The notes under the pieces: generated by a model | The model's input: only the letters and a program-made list of their open reading frames with translations | Databases searched by the model: none | What the model was told of the DNA's origin: nothing | Program-made: the position numbers and the translations under genes | Shown here: positions 34,778 to 37,351 of the stretch, one piece after another | How positions within the stretch are numbered: position 1 is the first letter of the stretch | How the letters are laid out: the number at the start of each line of letters is the position of its first letter | Assembly: GCA_035256725.1 (NCBI GenBank) | Contig: DATEXS010000123.1 | Location: 1-37,351 of the forward strand | DNA from: Anaerolineae bacterium | GTDB taxonomy: Bacteria; Chloroflexota; Anaerolineae; UBA7937; B3-Chlor | DNA: 37,351 nucleotides | Direction: 5' to 3'

Positions 34778-35740
34778 CTAGTGTCGTCTGCGCTCTCGCG
34801 ATGCCAACTCGGCCGCACTTGGCTCCATGTTCTCTGGAGCCAGGTCTTGAACGATCAGCAGAGGCGTGGTTCCGTAGGCAATGAAGTTGGTGGCCACGCT
34901 GCCATAGGGCCATCTTGCCGTGCCCGTGGCACCGTGGGCGCTCAAGACCACCAGATCGACATGCTCCTGCTCGACCACATCCTGAAGGACTTCGGTGGGG
35001 CTGGTTCCCACCAGGGGACGAGTTTCCGCCTCGATCCCCTCTGTAGATAGGGTAGAATCCCAGCGCTGAAGATAGCTTGCTGTCTCCAGCTGGTTAAGCC
35101 CAGTCAGCTTGTCGACAAGTTGGGCTTCTTCTGACGTCAGTGGCCGGTGACGGGTCACCTCCGGCTTGCTGGTGACAGAGGCCACCAATACGCGGGACGA
35201 GTAGAACCGGGCCAGTTGTGTAACCGGAGCTACCGCAGATTCTGCCCGCTGCGAGCCGTCTAGGGCGAGCAACAAGCGTCGATATTGCGGGCCCCGCAGG
35301 TCGACGTCCAGGGGCTGATAGGCTCGCACGATCATCACGGAGATGTGGACGCGAAAGATGATCTTCTGCACAGTCCCACTGACATTCCAGCCACCCAACC
35401 CGCCCTGTCCATGGCTGCTCAGAACCATCAAGTCTACCCCATGATCCCGCACGAAGTCGAATACCTGATCTGTCACTCGGCCGTGCACCAGCTTGTATTC
35501 GGCTTCTACGTCAACATCCCTCAACCGACGAGCCCAATCAGCCAGGTAGGCTTCGGCCTCCCCTCTGCTGATGTGCCACTCAAGCGGGTCAACCAAACGA
35601 CTGCCGTCGACTTCGGCTCGCTCCAACACCTGCAGGAGCGTGATATCCGAACCGAACGCCCGTGCTACCGCGACCGCGTGAGGCAATACACACTCAGCAA
35701 GAAGTGAGCCATCCAGAGGAACTAGTATGTGGTCGAACAT
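34778..35740 (-). CDS. tandem universal stress protein (two USP domains)
   Basis: ATG 35740 (MFDHILVPLDGS) follows GGAAGGGAG. Two USP repeats each end in a ...SHG..G...W..GSV... motif. The stop lies 25 nt before the glucan synthase ATG. Confidence 0.85.
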   Translation of the reverse strand: MFDHILVPLDGSLLAECVLPHAVAVARAFGSDITLLQVLERAEVDGSRLVDPLEWHISRGEAEAYLADWARRLRDVDVEAEYKLVHGRVTDQVFDFVRDHGVDLMVLSSHGQGGLGGWNVSGTVQKIIFRVHISVMIVRAYQPLDVDLRGPQYRRLLLALDGSQRAESAVAPVTQLARFYSSRVLVASVTSKPEVTRHRPLTSEEAQLVDKLTGLNQLETASYLQRWDSTLSTEGIEAETRPLVGTSPTEVLQDVVEQEHVDLVVLSAHGATGTARWPYGSVATNFIAYGTTPLLIVQDLAPENMEPSAAELASRERRRH

Positions 35741-36155
35741 GGGTATACTCCCTTCCTGTCGCTGGTACCGACAGTCCTTTCCTAATCTCCTGGCCAAATC
35801 TTGCTGTAGCGGCCCGATCACCTGAAGCGATCGCTCAGACGAGCCCGATCGAGCAGACTGCGTGCTAGTGGGCGCTCCGTTCTGGGCTTGATACGTACTA
35901 CCGGACGTTCAACCCCTCGCCTGACGTGGGCGCATAGAGCCATTGTGCGAGCACTTACTGCCGGCCGAGCAGGGCAGTTGGTGAGCGCGCTCAGTTGTTC
36001 GGCACTGATGGTGCAGCCCAGACTCCGCTCGATGCTGGACGGGGTCCCGTCAAGAACGTAGCTGGCTCCGGCATAGCATGGAGCGCAACCTCTCAGACCT
36101 TTGGGCGACTCGATTCTTCAGGCGTGGGCATATTCGGTCATTCCCGGCTGTGTGC

Positions 36156-36184
36156 ATTATACCATCGACCTTCGATGGAGGGAA
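36156..36184 (-). promoter_or_regulatory. possible promoter about 410 nt upstream of the USP / glucan synthase operon
   Basis: The minus strand reads TTCCCT, a 17-nt spacer, then TATAAT with TGG extended -10. The -35 is poor. Confidence 0.35.
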
Positions 36185-36453
36185 GTCGCGTTCCTCGTTC
36201 ACCCGAGATTCACTGGATGCTATCGCGTCGAGGCGCAGCACGGGCGTTGAACCCCCAGTCCGCTTGTTCCACGGAGGCGCGATGTAGTATGGTGCTGGGA
36301 GACATTCGTGCTGACTTTGGGGTGCCGGCGGTCAGCCCGCTCAGCCAGACTGAGGGGTTCTGCGGTCACAGGTGGGATCGACTGGCATCAGAGTGTGGCG
36401 CGCGTCCGGTGCTGCTATGGCGTGGAGCGGCCATCGCCCTCTTGGGCTTCGTG

Positions 36454-36462
36454 TGGTAAACT
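36454..36462 (+). promoter_or_regulatory. possible extended -10 element for the terminal sensor gene
   Basis: TGGTAAACT (TGn + TAAACT) about 80 nt upstream of ATG 36540. No convincing -35. Confidence 0.3.
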
Positions 36463-36539
36463 AACCCTGAGGCCAGCGCCTCGGCCAATGCGTTGCCGGG
36501 GGCCGGGTGTTTTTGATGACCTCCCAAGGCTGAGCATCC

Positions 36540-37351
36540 ATGCTGACCCAAGACAAGCAAGGCTGGCAGGGCGTGTTCTCGAGCGGTACGGTGTCTCAGG
36601 TCAATCCAAGTGAACTGGAAGCGGCTGCCATACTCGCGCGCCGTGTAGTTCTGAGACGACTTTGCGTTGTGGGAATCTCTCTGTCGAGTGTCGTTGGCAG
36701 CCTGTTCGTCGTGGTGTTCCTGCAATCTGGGGCCTGGCAGATGCTGGCCGCCGCGGGTGCCATGTCCGGGAGTGTTCTGTGTTTGGTCCTGGCTCTCCGA
36801 AGCACGTCAGGCACGGGACTCGCCGCCGCCAGTCGCTGGCTTGTCGCTGCCCTGGGAGTGGCCTGGGGAAGCGGCGAGGTGCTGTGGCATGGGGTAAGTC
36901 CCTGGTACTCGGCGGCAGGCGCGGTACTACTTCTGCTCGTGGCCGTGGTGGTTTGGCCACGCGATTGGCGGCTCTGGTTGGTTGCGGCTGGGTCCTACTC
37001 GCTTTTCGCCTTCCTCGCTTCCCGCTTGAAGCCACTTCCTCGTTTCGACGTTTTGGTGATGCCCGCCGTTGTGTGGTTGCTCGCAGTAATCAGTGCGGGA
37101 CTCTGCCTCGCGCTCGCGTTCCACTTGATCCGTCAGTTCGCCGCAGCCACTATCCGGAACCGCCTGCTGGTCGCCTTTGTACTCATGGTGTTGCTTCCCG
37201 CGATAGCGTTCGCTATCGTGTCAACGGTGGTAGGAAACCGCAGCGGCCAGCGTCAGGTTATCAACCAACTGGACTCGGTGGCCACCATCAAGGAGGCCGA
37301 ACTGAACGCCTGGGCGGCCAACGTGCGCGGCGACTTGGCTACCGCGCTCAT
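36540..37351 (+). CDS. multi-TM sensor-type membrane protein, 3' end outside window (not in the supplied ORF track)
   Basis: My own translation is open from the stop at 36531-36533 to the window end. It begins ATG 36540 MLTQDKQGWQ..., has several hydrophobic helices, then IRNRLLVAFVLMVLLPAIAFAIVSTVVGNRSGQRQVINQLDSVATIKEAELNAW. That segment resembles the TM/periplasmic-sensor entry of histidine kinases or GGDEF proteins. Confidence 0.55.
   Translation, partial: MLTQDKQGWQGVFSSGTVSQVNPSELEAAAILARRVVLRRLCVVGISLSSVVGSLFVVVFLQSGAWQMLAAAGAMSGSVLCLVLALRSTSGTGLAAASRWLVAALGVAWGSGEVLWHGVSPWYSAAGAVLLLLVAVVVWPRDWRLWLVAAGSYSLFAFLASRLKPLPRFDVLVMPAVVWLLAVISAGLCLALAFHLIRQFAAATIRNRLLVAFVLMVLLPAIAFAIVSTVVGNRSGQRQVINQLDSVATIKEAELNAWAANVRGDLATAL

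Noticed and set aside
35995-36459. 154-aa plus-strand ORF in the 35.7-36.5 kb gap
   Set aside because: No ribosome-binding site. The Gly/Arg/Ser/Ala-rich translation has no motif. It is more likely non-coding.
1-37351. CRISPR arrays, IS elements, integrases, prophage genes, rRNA
   Set aside because: I saw no regularly spaced direct repeats, no transposase, integrase or reverse-transcriptase-like translation, and no rRNA-like sequence anywhere in the window.

Overview
High-GC bacterial chromosomal segment. Its PT-rich linkers, SigA N-terminus and extended -10 promoters suggest Chloroflexota, but that is a low-confidence inference. I support about 27 protein genes, one tRNA-Gly(CCC), a set of canonical sigma70-type promoters mapped by hand, and several hairpin terminators. 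I see no CRISPR array, rRNA, transposase, integrase or phage gene. Housekeeping content: LysM/M23 peptidase, class A PBP, selA, APC permease, rpoD/sigA, aldo-keto reductase, an orphan GAF histidine kinase, a fused membrane/spermidine-synthase-like protein plus a DUF1461 protein, and a 2855-aa cyclic beta-1,2-glucan synthase preceded by a tandem USP. The best candidate for something undescribed is the visibly more AT-rich block at about 10.6-16.7 kb. It holds two inverted paralogues of an uncharacterised Pol-beta-type nucleotidyltransferase-fold protein, each last in an operon behind a membrane protein. These bracket a metallophosphoesterase and a USP, which are expressed from overlapping divergent promoters. 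A truncated remnant of one of the small genes lies at the edge of the block. An orphan prepilin peptidase and a membrane-anchored NERD protein follow immediately. Other points worth checking: a DUF72 / AmmeMemoRadiSam radical-SAM / aeRF1-like operon; a promoter plus intrinsic terminator in the rpoD leader; a leader ORF ahead of the permease; two noncoding gaps of about 570 and about 800 bp; and an apparently leaderless gene. All functions come from motif recognition by eye. Hand-mapped motif coordinates may be off by 1-2 nt.
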